DNA of 63,402 nucleotides, filler included, from Chiloscyllium plagiosum (lineage: Eukaryota), in assembly GCF_004010195.1 (NCBI RefSeq). It is 4 parts of one record of this genome, joined end to end, with 100 filler letters (N's around TTAATTAATTAA, not from the genome) between each part and the next. Parts side by side here need not be neighbours in the genome. Positions count along the whole stretch, not along the records: positions 28,766 to 51,334 come from NC_057717.1; positions 51,435 to 58,969 come from NC_057717.1; positions 59,070 to 63,402 come from NC_057717.1; 1 more part is not named here. One strand, given 5' to 3'. Shown in pieces: positions 49,906-63,215 of this stretch. The position numbers and the translations under genes are program-made. Every line of letters begins with the position of its first letter. Within the stretch, counting starts at the first letter, position 1. Below the pieces are notes generated by a model, which saw nothing but the letters and a program-made list of their open reading frames with translations, did not search any database and was not told the DNA's origin.

Positions 49906-51542
49906 AATGCAAGTAACATTAAAAACATGCACTGGTTTCTCATTTTATTTCATGTTTCCTGTGGGTCGGTCCAGTCGCCAAGATGGCAATAATGAGAGAC
50001 TGCTCAGCAGTCATCATGTGGGTTTTGGGGCAACACATGTTGCACACGTTAAGGAGCCACAGGGTCATTACAATTGGATGATTAGTTATTTCCATATGTT
50101 GCTTGGGCAACGAGGTAAAAATAATGACTGCAGATGCTGGATACCAGATTCTGGATTAGTGGTGTTGGAAGAGCACAGAAGTTCAGGCAGCATCCGGGGA
50201 GCAGTAAAATCGGGGAGTCCCGGGGAAACCGGGGAGTCCCGGTTTCCCCACCCCCATCCTCCGCTAGCTTATCTCTCCACGCTTCAGGCTCTTTGCCTTT
50301 ATTCCTGATAAAGGGCATTTGCCCAAAACGTCGATTTTACTGCTTCTCGGATGCTGCCTGAACTTCTGTGCTCTTCCAGCACCACTAATCCAGAATCTGG
50401 TATCCAGCATCTGCAGTCATTATTTTTACCTCGTTGATTTTAACCCGACTGCGAATCCCCTTGCAAGGATGCCTGCCTTGAAGAAGTTTTCCTCCTCTCT
50501 CTGCAAGGATCGTTTGGACTCCACTGTAACAGTGGATTCATCTGCTGTTCTGCATTAATACAATTCTCTTTTAGATGGCAATCGTCTTTGAAACTCATTA
50601 ACTGTTGCAGTGGGGACAAAAGGCACAACATGTGCTCTTCAGGTTTAGTATTGATGATTCAGTTTAGCTTACAGAACAGAAACACCTTAGTTAGTCAAAA
50701 AAGACAGCGATAGCACCAGGCAATGTAAAATAATATCCACTCCATACCTGCGGTATATGTCTTTGCACCTTTTTTTTTGGAAAAGAACGTAAGACAAATA
50801 ATTTTAGACATCAGTGCATAGTTCAACACTTACGTTCACAGGCCAAATTATAGGGAACTCGTACATCATTCGAAAGCTGAAAATACAGACATGCTTTCAT
50901 GCCGGTTTGTTGCAGAAATGTTATCCTAGTCATCATGGAGTTTGTACTAAATAGTCTTGCTGTGTTCAGAATTATGTTCAATGTATTTCCCGCTCTGTTT
51001 TCTTTAGCAAATAGGAACCACATTCATTATTGATAGACTGAACGCCCAGAGGAATTATTCAATAAGCGTGTTCTGTTTAAAGCAAAGCCGAACAACGTAG
51101 AGTACGGGTGATGTTTTAAATTTATCCCAACTAACGTAGATTGCAATATTGGCAACAACTATCAAAATCCAACAGTTTAGTGTCTATCCACTCTCCGATA
51201 GGCATTTATTAATCAACGGGCAGACTTTAACAGCAGGACAATTACTCAGGAATTGGTCAAAATATTACTTCGGTCACAGCGAGAATGCTATTTGCAATTG
51301 TCGAAATTATACAATAGGAAGTATGTGATGTGAANNNNNNNNNNNNNNNNNNNNNNNNNNNNNNNNNNNNNNNNNNNNTTAATTAATTAANNNNNNNNNN
51401 NNNNNNNNNNNNNNNNNNNNNNNNNNNNNNNNNNGCTGGAGATCAGAGCTGAAAATGTGTTGCTGGAAAAGCGCAGCAGGTCAGGCAGCATCCAAGGAAC
51501 TGGAGAATCGACGTTTCGGGCATAAGCCGTTCTTCAGGAATC

Positions 51543-53430
51543 TTTAAATCAAACGCATGGCCTGGTTCATTACCAAGTACCAGATCCAATGTGGCCTCCC
51601 CTCTTGTCGCCCCCTCGACGTATTGTGTCAGAAAACCCTCCTGTATACATTGGACAAAAACTGATCCATCCGACCTATTCGAGCAGTAATATTTCCAATC
51701 AATTTTGGGGAAGTTAAATTCCCTCATAATGACCACCCTGTTCCTTTCACTCCTCTCTTCCATCTCCCTGGAAGTCTGCGGAGGCCTACAAAAAACTCCA
51801 AGACGTGTGACCTCTTCTCTCCTATTTCTAAGTTCAGCCCACACTACCTCAGTACACGAGTCCTCATCAAAAGTTCTCCCAGCCACCGTTGCATTATCTT
51901 TGACTTACAAGGCCACACCTCCCCCTCTTTTACCGCCTTGCCTGTTTTTAATGAAAGATCTAAACCCTGGAACCTGCAACATCCATTCCTCACCCTGCTC
52001 TATCCATGTCTCCGATATGGCAACAATATCGAAGTCCAAGGTACCTATCCATGCTGCAAGCTCACCTAACTTATATGGATATTTCTTCCCTTGAAGTGGA
52101 CACACTTCAAATCACTTCGCTGACTGCCAGCATATTCCTGTGAACCTGAAATCCTGTCTCTGTCCTTCCTACGCTCATCCTCCTGTGCACTGCTGCTTCA
52201 CCTCAGGTTCCTACCCCCTAAGAGCTAGTTTAAACCCACCCGAATAGTACCAGCAAATATCGCACCCAGGATATTAGTACCCCTCTGGCTCAAGTGAAGA
52301 CGGTCCTGTTTGTAGAGTTCCCACCTTCCCCAGAATGAGCCCCAATGACTCAAAAACCTGAAGCCCTCCCTCCTGCACCATTCTTGCAGCCAAGTGTTTC
52401 GCTGATATTTCTCCCTATTCCTTGCCTCGCTATCCAGAGATAACAACTTTGTTTGTTCTAGCTCTCAGCTTCCACCCCAGCTCCCCGAAATACTGCCTTA
52501 CATTCCTACCCCTCTTTCTTCCTATGTCATTGGTACCTCCATGGACTTGAGGCTGGTCACCCTGTCCCTTCGGGACCCCAAAGTTACGATCCGAGACATC
52601 ACGGTAACTGGCACCTGCGAGGTTACACAACATCCGTGAGTCTGGTTCGTTCCCAACAAGCCTTCTATCTGAGCCTCTAAGAATTGAGTCCCCAATGACT
52701 AATACTCTCCTCCTTTCCCTCCTTCTCTTCTGTGCAACAGGGACAGGCTCTGTGCCAGAGACCTGGGCCCCACTGCTTGCCCTTGGTAAGTCGTCACCCT
52801 CAACAGTATCCAAAACGGCATACATGCTTTTCAGGGGAACAACCACAGGGGATCTCTCCACTGACTGTTTTTTTTTCTCCTTTTGAGCAGTCACCTAGCT
52901 TTCTTCTTGCCTATGAGTAACTACTTCCCTGTAACTCCTATATATCACAGCCTCTGCCTCTTGAATGATCGGAAGTTCATACAGCTCCCGCCCCAGTCCC
53001 CTAACACGGTCTTGGAGGAGCGAGAGTTGGATGTACTTCCTGCAGATGTACTTGGATGGGACCCTATTGTCGTCCCTGACCTCAAACATCATGCAGGAGG
53101 AACATTCCTCTCCCTATACCGTCCCCTCCCTGCTAGTACCCTCTTCACGAGGTAAAAAAAAGACGCTTTCCTGATATGAACCTTGTTAGAGGAGGTGGTT
53201 GGTTGGGAGGCCCTACAAATGTAGCGTCTCGGATTGAGAATACAATGACTTATATAGCAGGATGGAAATGAAAATAAGAAGTCCCTCCTTTCCCAGAAAC
53301 CTCTGCTATCTGACTTCAAAGTTAAAATCACAAATCAGTGACTCACCGCTCCCGGCTGTCCCCTGGTGCAAGCTCCCACCCTTCGAGTTGCTGCTGCCAC
53401 TGCCACTGAAAATCAGAAATGGAGGACTCC
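51543..53430 (-). mobile_element. CR1 LINE 5' half (5' UTR, ORF1, EN)
   Basis: YICRKYIQLSLLQDRVRGL; VLVIGDSILRG; FLSHWGSFWGRW.LYKQDRLHL; DIVAISETW; ATRGEATLDLVLGNEPG. Confidence 0.9.
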
Positions 53431-53449
53431 CGCGCTGGTGATAAGTTCA

Positions 53450-55029
53450 ACCTCTGTTCTCGTAGCATCTGCCTGTGAACCTATCCCCACGCTCTTCTTC
53501 TACCAATAGCCATGACCCCATCCCCACTATGTTTCCCTTGCAACGATTTCTTAAACAATTCTCAATCGGTTCCTCAAGCAATGAATTGTGAACCCATCAC
53601 CACGCTTAGTGACTCACAACAGTCTGTGAACACATGGCCAGCCTGTTTCCCAGCAATCGGCTTTGGACCCATTCCCATTGTCTTCTGCCAGGAGCTGCTT
53701 GTGTATACATGCCCACTCAGTTCCCATTGCCTTGGCCTCTGAGCCCAGGTTCACTCTTTCTCGTCACGACCGTTCATAGGCCATTGGTAGGGGAACAGAT
53801 TTCAGATATATAACAGGAGTTTGCTCCTGGAAGATGAGGCATAGAATAATGGTGTTTACATAAGGAATCAGGCTGTTTGTGGGAGAACAAGATGGGGATG
53901 TATTCTCAGTTGTTGCGAAAGCAAACACGTGGGGATGGGTTCACAGGCTGCGACATGTGGAAGACTCAGCATTGTGGCTGATTAATTACCTCTTGGCGCA
54001 AGTACAAATAGATAAACTCATTCATATATCCAGTCTGTTCTCCAATCGGCGGTCTGTGTCCCGTTCCACCCTCTGCTCCCCTCGCAACAGCCTGTGACCC
54101 CATCCCCAGTCTGTATCCTGAACAATAGCTGTGAATCCATCTCTAACCTGTTTTCCCTACAAAGGCATGTTGCCCCATCCCAGCTTCATTTTCATAGCAT
54201 CGGACTGTTGACCCATACCTACACTTTTCCTCTCGTCATGGCCTGTGAACCCATAACTACTCTGTTCCTCTAGTAACGCCCGAAGACCCCATCGCCACTC
54301 TGTTCCTCTGGCAACAATATGTGCATAGGTCTCCAATCTATTTGCCTAGAAAAGGCTGTGAACCAATCATCAATCTGTTCGACATACAATGGCCTAATGC
54401 TCCATCTTAACTTCATTTTGCCAGCCATGACCAATGAAACAATCACTATTCTGTGCTCTGAATTTTGGCCACTGAATCCAACGCCACTCTGTTTTTCAAA
54501 CATCGACCCCTGACTCCAGTGACACTTTGTCCCACTCTCAGCACTTCCGAAACCATTCTGAACCTTTTCTCCCGAATACCGCCTGTTGCCCAAACTCAAT
54601 TCCGCTTTCGTAACAACGGACTGTGAACCCATTCCCCTATCTTCCGTTAGCAAACTCCTGTTACACTTCCCAACATTGTTCCCCCAGCAACGGCCTGAAC
54701 CCATCCACACAATGCTTCCTTCGTAACGAACTATCAAGCCATGTCTTTTCTGTTCAATCAGCGACGGCCTATGATCCCATCGCCACACAATCTCCTCAGC
54801 AACAGCCTGTGTAACAATCTCAACTCGCTTCCCCACGCAACGGCCTGTAAGCCCATCGACACGATGTCCTCTGTGCAATGGCCTGCTAAACCATCCCCTC
54901 GATGTTCAACTTGTAGTGGCCTGTATTGTCATTCCCACTCGATTCTCCCAGCATCTGCCTTTGATCTCATTCACCTTCTGTTTTCCCAGCAACGGTCTCT
55001 GAAACGATCCTCACTCTGTTCCCCTAGCA
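53450..55029. repeat. Diverged 37-38 bp minisatellite, interrupted at about 53790-54030
   Basis: Approximate consensus GCCTGTGAACCCATCCCCACTCTGTTCCCCAGCAACG; unit starts at 54092, 54130, 54205, 54243. Confidence 0.75.
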
Positions 55030-55539
55030 NNNNNNNNNNNNNNNNNNNNNNNNNNNNNNNNNNNNNNNNNNNNNNNNNNNNNNNNNNNNNNNNNNNNNNN
55101 NNNNNNNNNNNNNNNNNNNNNNNNNNNNNNNNNNNNNNNNNNNNNNNNNNNNNNNNNNNNNNNNNNNNNNNNNNNNNNNNNNNNNNNNNNNNNNNNNNNN
55201 NNNNNNNNNNNNNNNNNNNNNNNNNNNNNNNNNNNNNNNNNNNNNNNNNNNNNNNNNNNNNNNNNNNNNNNNNNNNNNNNNNNNNNNNNNNNNNNNNNNN
55301 NNNNNNNNNNNNNNNNNNNNNNNNNNNNNNNNNNNNNNNNNNNNNNNNNNNNNNNNNNNNNNNNNNNNNNNNNNNNNNNNNNNNNNNNNNNNNNNNNNNN
55401 NNNNNNNNNNNNNNNNNNNNNNNNNNNNNNNNNNNNNNNNNNNNNNNNNNNNNNNNNNNNNNNNNNNNNNNNNNNNNNNNNNNNNNNNNNNNNNNNNNNN
55501 NNNNNNNNNNNNNNNNNNNNNNNNNNNNNAGTAGTTGCA

Positions 55540-55909
55540 TGTTTATAGTCAAAGTAATATATGTGTCTGTATTAGACCACTACCTAATTTTAGAGGGGGT
55601 TTCATGTGAAGCGATCATTAGATATTCATATTTTACGGGGTAGGTGTGATTAACGTATTCTGTTAACAGTTTTATGTTTCTCTTGTTATTTTTTCAGAGA
55701 GAATGTAAATGACACAGTTTCCGAAAAGACTGAAGTTGGATGGACTTTACGACCGATTTGTTTAAAGAAACAGATATTGTCTGAGGCAGAACGTTTTGTC
55801 TTTTATTTTTGCAAAAAAAATGTATAATTAGAGGTAACTGCCCATTCCACGAGCTCAGCTATTCAGTTAGCTTGTAATGTAGCTGTGGGTGTGTGCGTGT
55901 GTGTGTCCA

Positions 55910-55983
<74 letters not shown>

Positions 55984-56347
55984 AAGACTTACTGGACCCT
56001 TATTCTGTCTCTCTGTCTTCTCTCCTGTGAGAACTTGTTCCATTTCACCTCTTTTGCGCGAAGGTGTGTTAATAGGGATTATTGCAAGTCATTTAGTACA
56101 GCATCAGTATGTCAGGATAGTCTGTGGTGTTTTTGGATAGAATACGTTATACAGTATTTTGTTTTCTCTTTTCTATGTTTCATTCGTAGTCTTGTAAATA
56201 AATTCTTTTTTGTTTAAAACAAGTTGTTCTGACCATCCGATTCTCTGCTGGAATATCCACTATACACTTCCTTAAAATCAAATAGCAAAGTTAAGGACTT
56301 AGCTATCTTCTTGAAATGTTATGAGTGGCCTGGCCTGGTACATAACA
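55540..56347 (+). mobile_element. Solo-LTR-like element, same family, with internal (TG)n(GA)n; abuts an HE1 SINE fragment
   Basis: Ends GAGTGGCCTGGCCTGGTACATAACA, with AATAAA near 56197. Confidence 0.5.
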
Positions 56348-56570
56348 AGTTTTCACATTCTCCCCATGTCGGCGTGGTTTTCCTCTGGGTTCTCCAGTTT
56401 CTTCCCGCAATGCAAAGATGTGCAGGTGAGTTTCATTAGACATGGCACATATTTACTGTATAGGGTAGGGGAATGGGACTAGTTCGGATACTGTTTGGAG
56501 AGGCAGTGTGGACTCCTTGTGCCAAATTGCCTGTTTCTACACTGTGGTGATTCTATGACTCTGATTCTAT
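56348..56570 (+). mobile_element. HE1-type SINE, 3' portion
   Basis: CACATTCTCCCCATGTCGGCGTGGTTTTCCTCTGGG... followed by the tail. Confidence 0.75.
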
Positions 56571-58711
56571 TATTCTTTGAATGGTGCCTGGGTTTACGTG
56601 CAACTAAATGGATGAAGCTGATTCGGGGTTATATGTGGACATTGGAATGAATGGAGCCGTGGAGTAAGTGTTTGTATGAACAGTATTAGGCTCCCAGGTA
56701 TGTAATGGACATTTGTTGGTGGTGGGGGGAGAATGTGGATTGTGAGGAATGCAGCGCGGGAACTTACAGGGATGAACGAGGCTTTGGGATTGACTGGAGG
56801 TATAGAGCTCCGTATAGGTATTGAAACTGAATGGATGTGTGTGGACTTTAGGGCGGTAATTATGAGGCAGTGAATACGGGTGGGGATATTAAGCTGGAGG
56901 TTATAGTGCTGAATAGTATGAGGCAGATCAGGCTGGGTTTATGGATCTAGATTGTTCTGTGGGTCTGCAGAACTGAGGATTATGCAGCAATGTGGTATGC
57001 ACCTAGAGATGTTTGGGGATGTTGCAAATGTGTTTTGAGGATGTGGGGCTAGGAAATGGTCTTTGGCAAGATGAGGTTTGATGGTTATGGGGCAGGTCTA
57101 TTTGGCTGGACTCAACAGAGTTGAGGGAGCTGCAGGGTATGGGAATCAAGTTTATGGCGACTTATCGAGAATACATGGTTCGGTGTGTGCTGTCTATATG
57201 GCTGCTGGCTATGGAGCTGGAGCATATGACGTTGTAAGACGCATATGGGTACGAATGTGTTTGAATCAGGTTGTCCATGGCGTAGTATGGAAGTTGAACG
57301 AATGGATTGGAATGTTGTATAGCTAGGGATGTTATTGTGATTTGAGGAGTTATGGGTTTGCAGTGGTAATGAAGGTTATGGGGCTTGGTTTATTTTCAGG
57401 AATTGAGTGGACATAAGTGGAAATATATGGCTAGTTGTGTGGAGAATTATGGGACTGGGAAATGTCGGAATTATTGTAAAAGAGGGTATGCAGTGAGGAG
57501 TGCGTAGGCTGGAGATTTGCTATGTGAGTGTTTCTGGTGCAGTTGTCATTTGATGGGGAATGGGGGGTGTTAAGTGATGGGTGTGGATAGAACGTGGTGG
57601 TTTTGAGGGGTGTAAGAGGGCAAAAAGGTGTAGCTGCAATGGAAGTCCTGAAATGGTTGGTGTATGTGAGTGTGGGTGGAAATACGGGTTTGTGAAAGGA
57701 TATAATTGCTCTGGAGAGAGTGCAAAGTATAATATACCAAAATGTTGCCGGGCTGGAGAATTATAGTTCCAAGAAGGTATTACAAACATTGGGCTTGTTT
57801 TCCTTGAAACAGCAAAGGCTGAGTGGGAACTTGGTTGAAACATGCAGAACTGTGATGCGAAAAGATAACATTGTCAGGAGGTGACGGGGCACCAATCGCT
57901 TTTAAACTCACTCCTGTGCCGTGGGCATCATTAGCCCGGCAAACATTTATTATCCATCTCCATTTGCTATATTTTTAGACGTATGGCAAAATGTAGCCCA
58001 TTTCCTGTAAATATCTCTGGCCAGAAATGTTAGGATGAGCAATATCTAATCACGAACTGTTTGTCCTTCTATTCTGGAACAGGAATGGGACATCAGTAAT
58101 ACACATGTCATCTGTCAGCTCTCTGATGTGGAAAGCGATTTTTTTTTCAAATAATAGAGAAGACACCGCATCCCAACAGCTGGCCTTTCAGTTTTGAAAA
58201 TTGCTGCCTTTTTATGCACCCATCCTCTCTAGTTTAATTCTACCCTACACGGACTCTTCCTCGACTTAGCCATCAGAATCATCATCTTCTCAAGTGAAAT
58301 GTTGCAGTGTTTTCATTTAATATCTCATCGATGTCCTCAGTCTCCATATGACAGTGCAAACCTTGTTCCCAATCTTTCCCATAATTATCCATTTACGATT
58401 TGAAACATTTTGAGTAACCTTATCGGAGATGTTACTCTGCAAACATGTAATTTGTGGAACTTGAACCTGTGGCTTCTGGCACAGACATAAGGGCACAATA
58501 ACTCTGCCACAAAATCTCTTTCTTTTAATCAAATTGACCTTACCAAAAAAAACACTTCAAAAGGTGACCCACTAATCTAATGTCGTGTGCTCTCTTGACT
58601 CCCCTTCTCCACCTCCTCTATGCTTTCCATCTCCAGTACAGGGTTAATGAAGGGGAAAAAATTCCTAAAGCTGACAAGACAGTTAATTTTATTAGACATG
58701 TTTACATAACT

Positions 58712-58969
58712 AACTCTGCAGGGGCATGGGAACCCAGATTGTAGCTTCAGGGTGCAGGGCCTGGAGTGTAGGGAGGTTAGGAACATGGCATCAATTTCCA
58801 AGGAGGGTGCCTGTAAACAGGAAAGTGGCTTGAAGTGTGTATACTTCAATGCAAGAAGTATACGAAATAAGGTAGGTGAACTTGCAGCGTGGGTTGGTAC
58901 CTGGGACTTCGATGTTGTGGCTATTACGGAGACATGGCTAGAACAGGGACAGGATTGGCGGTTGCAGGT
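58712..58969 (+). mobile_element. Young CR1 ORF2 start ending at a gap
   Basis: CVYFNARSIRNKVGELAAWVGTWDFDVVAITETWL. Confidence 0.95.
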
Positions 58970-59499
58970 NNNNNNNNNNNNNNNNNNNNNNNNNNNNNNN
59001 NNNNNNNNNNNNNTTAATTAATTAANNNNNNNNNNNNNNNNNNNNNNNNNNNNNNNNNNNNNNNNNNNNAAATGCGTGCTACCTGCCTTGTCTTTAATGC
59101 AACAATGCCAGTTACAAATTATCCAAAACCAATTTCTGTGCCAGGAGTTTTGTGCATTTATTTGTTATTAAGTAACTGCTTTTCTGTTCTTCTATCCTCT
59201 CTTTGATAGTTGAATTCCCTTCTTTGCATCGCCGTACAACTTCAATTATTTAATGGTTTATGTATTGAATAATGCAACGTATATTCTAACGTTTCAACTG
59301 TTTCGTCGTTCTTTCCATCCTCATGATCATGTGTGGAAACTATGTGCCTCTTACCTCCTTACAACGTTTCCAGCACTTCAAGAAACAAGTGTCAATGCAG
59401 TCCAATAGTCTACTCCAGTTTAACCATCCAGACTTAGTTCCATTTTATAATGGCATGAATTTGCTTCATCTCCTTGACCTCAACATCGTTAAAGTTGGA

Positions 59500-59675
59500 C
59501 TGATTCGGAGATGCAGGAATTTAAGTTACATCACACTGCAAATGTTTGCTATAAATTCTGTGTTACGATCGAGCCCTCCACAATCACGTGATGAAGGAGC
59601 GTCGCTCCGAAAGCTCGTGTGCTTCCAATTAAACCTGTTGGACTATAACCTGGTGTTGTGTGATTTTTAACGTTA
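59500..59675 (+). mobile_element. PLE family B terminal repeat
   Basis: Reverse-complement match to about 20618-20770. Confidence 0.8.
59585..59619 (+). ncRNA. Minimal hammerhead motif, family B, one core mutation (also 20669-703 -)
   Basis: CAC-GTGATGA-A-GGAGC GTC GCTCC-GAAA-G-CTC-GTG. Confidence 0.6.
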
Positions 59676-59742
59676 AAGTTGGAAGTGGTGCGGTATGTTT
59701 TTCCTTCCTGATCTTCTTGAGCAATTATATGTTTTACACGTA

Positions 59743-59798
59743 GTACACACACAGACACATACACGCACACACACACAGACACACACACACACACACAG

Positions 59799-59829
<31 letters not shown>

Positions 59830-59935
59830 CACACAGACACACAGACAGACACACACACAGACGCACAGATACAAACACACAGACACACACACACACAGAC
59901 AGACACACACACACACAGACGCACACACACACGCA
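59743..59935. repeat. (CA)n-rich microsatellite (similar tracts at about 22260-22490, 24425-24740, 35730-35960, 42950-43005; (GA)n at 55927-55982)
   Basis: Visible dinucleotide runs. Confidence 0.9.
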
Positions 59936-60009
59936 AGAACACTTAGTGTTGCACAAAATTGATCAACAACATTGTCAGCCCACATTATTTTCAATTGAAC
60001 AAATAGGAG

Positions 60010-62330
60010 ATTGTGTGGTCGCGAACAGGACTCTCAAAAAGAGCGTTGCCACCTGGGTGTCAGGGTCAAGAATGGTTCGCATCAACTTTGCATGATTTCT
60101 ATGAGAGAGTGTGAGCAGCCAGAAGTTGTTGTGCATACCAAACACAAAACTAGAAAAACGTTTTGAGGACCTGTAAATAAATACAGGTAGTTCGGTTGGA
60201 AGCAAAAAGGCAGGACGAGAAGTGCAGTATTCCTAGGATTGCTTCCGATACCACTGTGGAGAAAGGCTGGAAATAGACAGCAAGTAGAGCTGAACACGTG
60301 GCTGAAGATCTGGTGGAAGTCGTAGATAATCAGATATGTGGATCATTGGGAAACATTTGTGGCAAGACGGGAAATGTATACTAAGGACCGATTGCACCTG
60401 AATTGGACGAGTACCAATATCCTTGGCGGGAGGTTTGCTAGACCCCTTCGGGAGGGTTTACACTAGTTTGGTATGGGGATGGAAACCGGAGCTGCATATC
60501 ATAAGATGCTGTGACTTGTGAACAGGCAGATAAAGTGTGCACAGAGACTTTGAGGAAGGATAGACAGTTCATAGTGAAAAGGTTCAGTTCGTGTGATGCT
60601 TTCAACTGTGGCGATTTTAATGCAAGAAGTGTGAGGAACAAGTCTGATGACTTTAAAGCATGAATCATTCCTTGACTGTACGATACTGTGCCCATTACGG
60701 AGACTTGGATATCACAGGGACAGAAATTGTTGCAGTATGTTGGATGGAAGATTTTGTCAGGTGCCTACAGAATGGATTCTCGACTGAATATGTAGATACG
60801 CCGATTTGAGGGAATCCATATTGGATTTGATGTTTGATATTGAACCATATCAGCTGTGAGATCTATTGGTGAGACAGAACATCTGTAACAGTGATCCCAA
60901 CTCCCCGACGTCTACTGCAGTGCTTGAGACGGATTAGAGCAGATAGCATAGGAAAGTAAACAATTAGCGGAGAGGAATCAACATGTTATTTCGATATGAA
61001 CGTTGGAATATCAATTGGGAGTAGATGTACTCATCGAAATACACGACAGAAAGGTGGAAGTTGGTCAGGGAGTGCTTGCTGTGAGTCTTGGATATATTTG
61101 TCAGAATAAGTCTAGGAAGGGATGGCAGTGTGAGGAATCTTAAATGAAAACAGGTGTGGAACATCCAGTTAAGAGAAAGAAGGAAGCATACTTAAGTTTG
61201 AGGACGCAAAAATCGGACAAGGCTGTAGTGGATTACAAGGGAGCCAGGAAGGAAAAGTAGACTAGGTCTTAGGAGAACTAGAAGAGGGCATGAAAATGCC
61301 TTGGCGGGTAGAATTAAGTAAAACTCCAAGGGGTCCGACACTTACGTGAAATCACAAGGATGGCAAGAGTGAGTACGGGCCGATCATGGATAGCAGAGAA
61401 TACGTGTACCTGGTGCCTGGGGAGGTAAGGAAGTTCTGAAATTAATACTTTACTTCAGTATTCTGTAAAGAGAATGAGCTTGCTGTTTGCAAGGACAGCG
61501 TGAAACAGGCTTGTACGGTTTTACAGGTTGATGCAAGGAAGGAGGATGTTCGAGAAATTATGAAAAACAGGGAGACAGCATATACCAAAGCTACAACGGG
61601 ATTTGAGGGAAGGGATTGCTGTGCCTTTGTCGATGCTCCTGCATCCTCACTGTCCTTTGGAGTCGTATCGGACGATTGAAGTGTGAAAAATGTAATTCCC
61701 TTTTTCAAGGAACAGAAGAAGAATTTTCCTTGGAATTACAGACCAGTAGTTTTTTTCCATCTGGGGTGGGGAGAGGACCCTTGAGAGCGAGAGGGAATCT
61801 ACAACTGTTTGGAAAGTCATAGATGGAATAGAAATGGTCAGCATGGCTCTGTGAGGGGCAGCCCAAGTCTCACAAACGTTATTGAATTATTTAAGGATGT
61901 GACAAAACACATTGATGAAAGTAGAGCAGTTGGGTGTAGTTTTCATGGATTTTACCAAGGTGTTTGATAAGGTTCCAGATGGCAGGCTCATTCAGGATAT
62001 AAAGAAGCATGGCATACAGGGGTAATGGAGGAGTATTTTCCCAGATCGAAAATAGATATCACGAGGGGGCTTAATTATAAGGTGATTGATTGAAAGTTTA
62101 GAGGAGATGTCACGGGCAGGTTCTTTGCACAGAGATTGGGGGTGCTGTGCGTCAGCAGTGATAGTAGAGTCAGAAACATGAGTGACATTTAAGGGACTCT
62201 TGCATAGTCGTATGAAGTAAAATGTCGTGCATCTGATTTATTTTGATCTTAAAGTATGATAAAAGGTTGCCTAAACATCGTACGTTGAAAGGCCAGTACT
62301 GTTCTGCATTGTTCTACGTTCTACGTTCGA
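60010..62330 (+). mobile_element. CR1 LINE, internally deleted and decayed
   Basis: Esterase remnant; FNARSVRNK; NYRPV; QHG; MDFTKVFDKVP; tail GTTCTACGTTCTAC. Confidence 0.8.
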
Positions 62331-62639
62331 GAGCAATAATTGTCGAGAATGTCTTCTTGACAAAGTAATGCAGTTGGACAATTTGCATTATTCTTTCTAA
62401 TAATTCAACAAGAAAAGATAATTAAATGGTTGAAATGCTCTTAAATGTCTGCACGACATCTTTAATTTATGAATGTGATTTTATTCCACAGTTATTTCAC
62501 GCTCTACCCCACGCTCATGCACGCACACTGCCTGTCCCTCTCTACCTTTTCACTTTTTTCACTCATTCAAAACAAACTCAAACACATCACAGCACATAAT
62601 ATTCCAGACGTAATGTGATTCTTAAATTCCAGTTTGTTT

Positions 62640-63215
62640 GAAACCATAGCCACTCTTCTCGTCATCAAAGACATCTCATGTACGACTGTCAGACGACTCA
62701 AGCTTCTTGGCATCATAGTAGCCCACAAACGCACCAATACACTAAAACAGCAGCTAACGAACTTTTAAAAAACCGTATACAGACAACAAGCAATACGAAC
62801 GTCATTTACTTGATACTTTGAAAGAACTACCAACCAGGATACATGAACATCAACTTACCGCAAAAAGACATGATCAAATACCACTGGTAACCTTACATAA
62901 AGATGAGCAAGGAAACCTCTTTGACATCCAGCCTGGGACAAGTCAAAACGCCATTAGCACAGAAATTCCTGGAAGCATGGCTTTCCAAATGAATCTCCTT
63001 CAGTGAACACATCGATTTGGACACCATCTTCCACCCTCTGAGAAAAATAACCACAAATTACATCACAAACCCAAGAAAATCTGAACAGATAAAGAGAACG
63101 GAGGCCATACCATCTGCGCTTCTCCTGAGGATCGCTGATGATGTTACATAGCATGGTGACGAAACGTCTGTCAACGAAACTTCGAGCTCAGCGAGCAAAT
63201 TTACATTCCTAAACT
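62640..63215 (+). mobile_element. PLE family C 3' region
   Basis: GIIVAHKRTNTLKQQL; RIHEHQLTAKRHD; EFLEAW; terminal hammerhead motif. Confidence 0.8.

Noticed and set aside
53450..55029. CRISPR-like 37-bp periodicity
   Set aside because: Contiguous degenerate units without unique spacers, no cas genes, vertebrate context.
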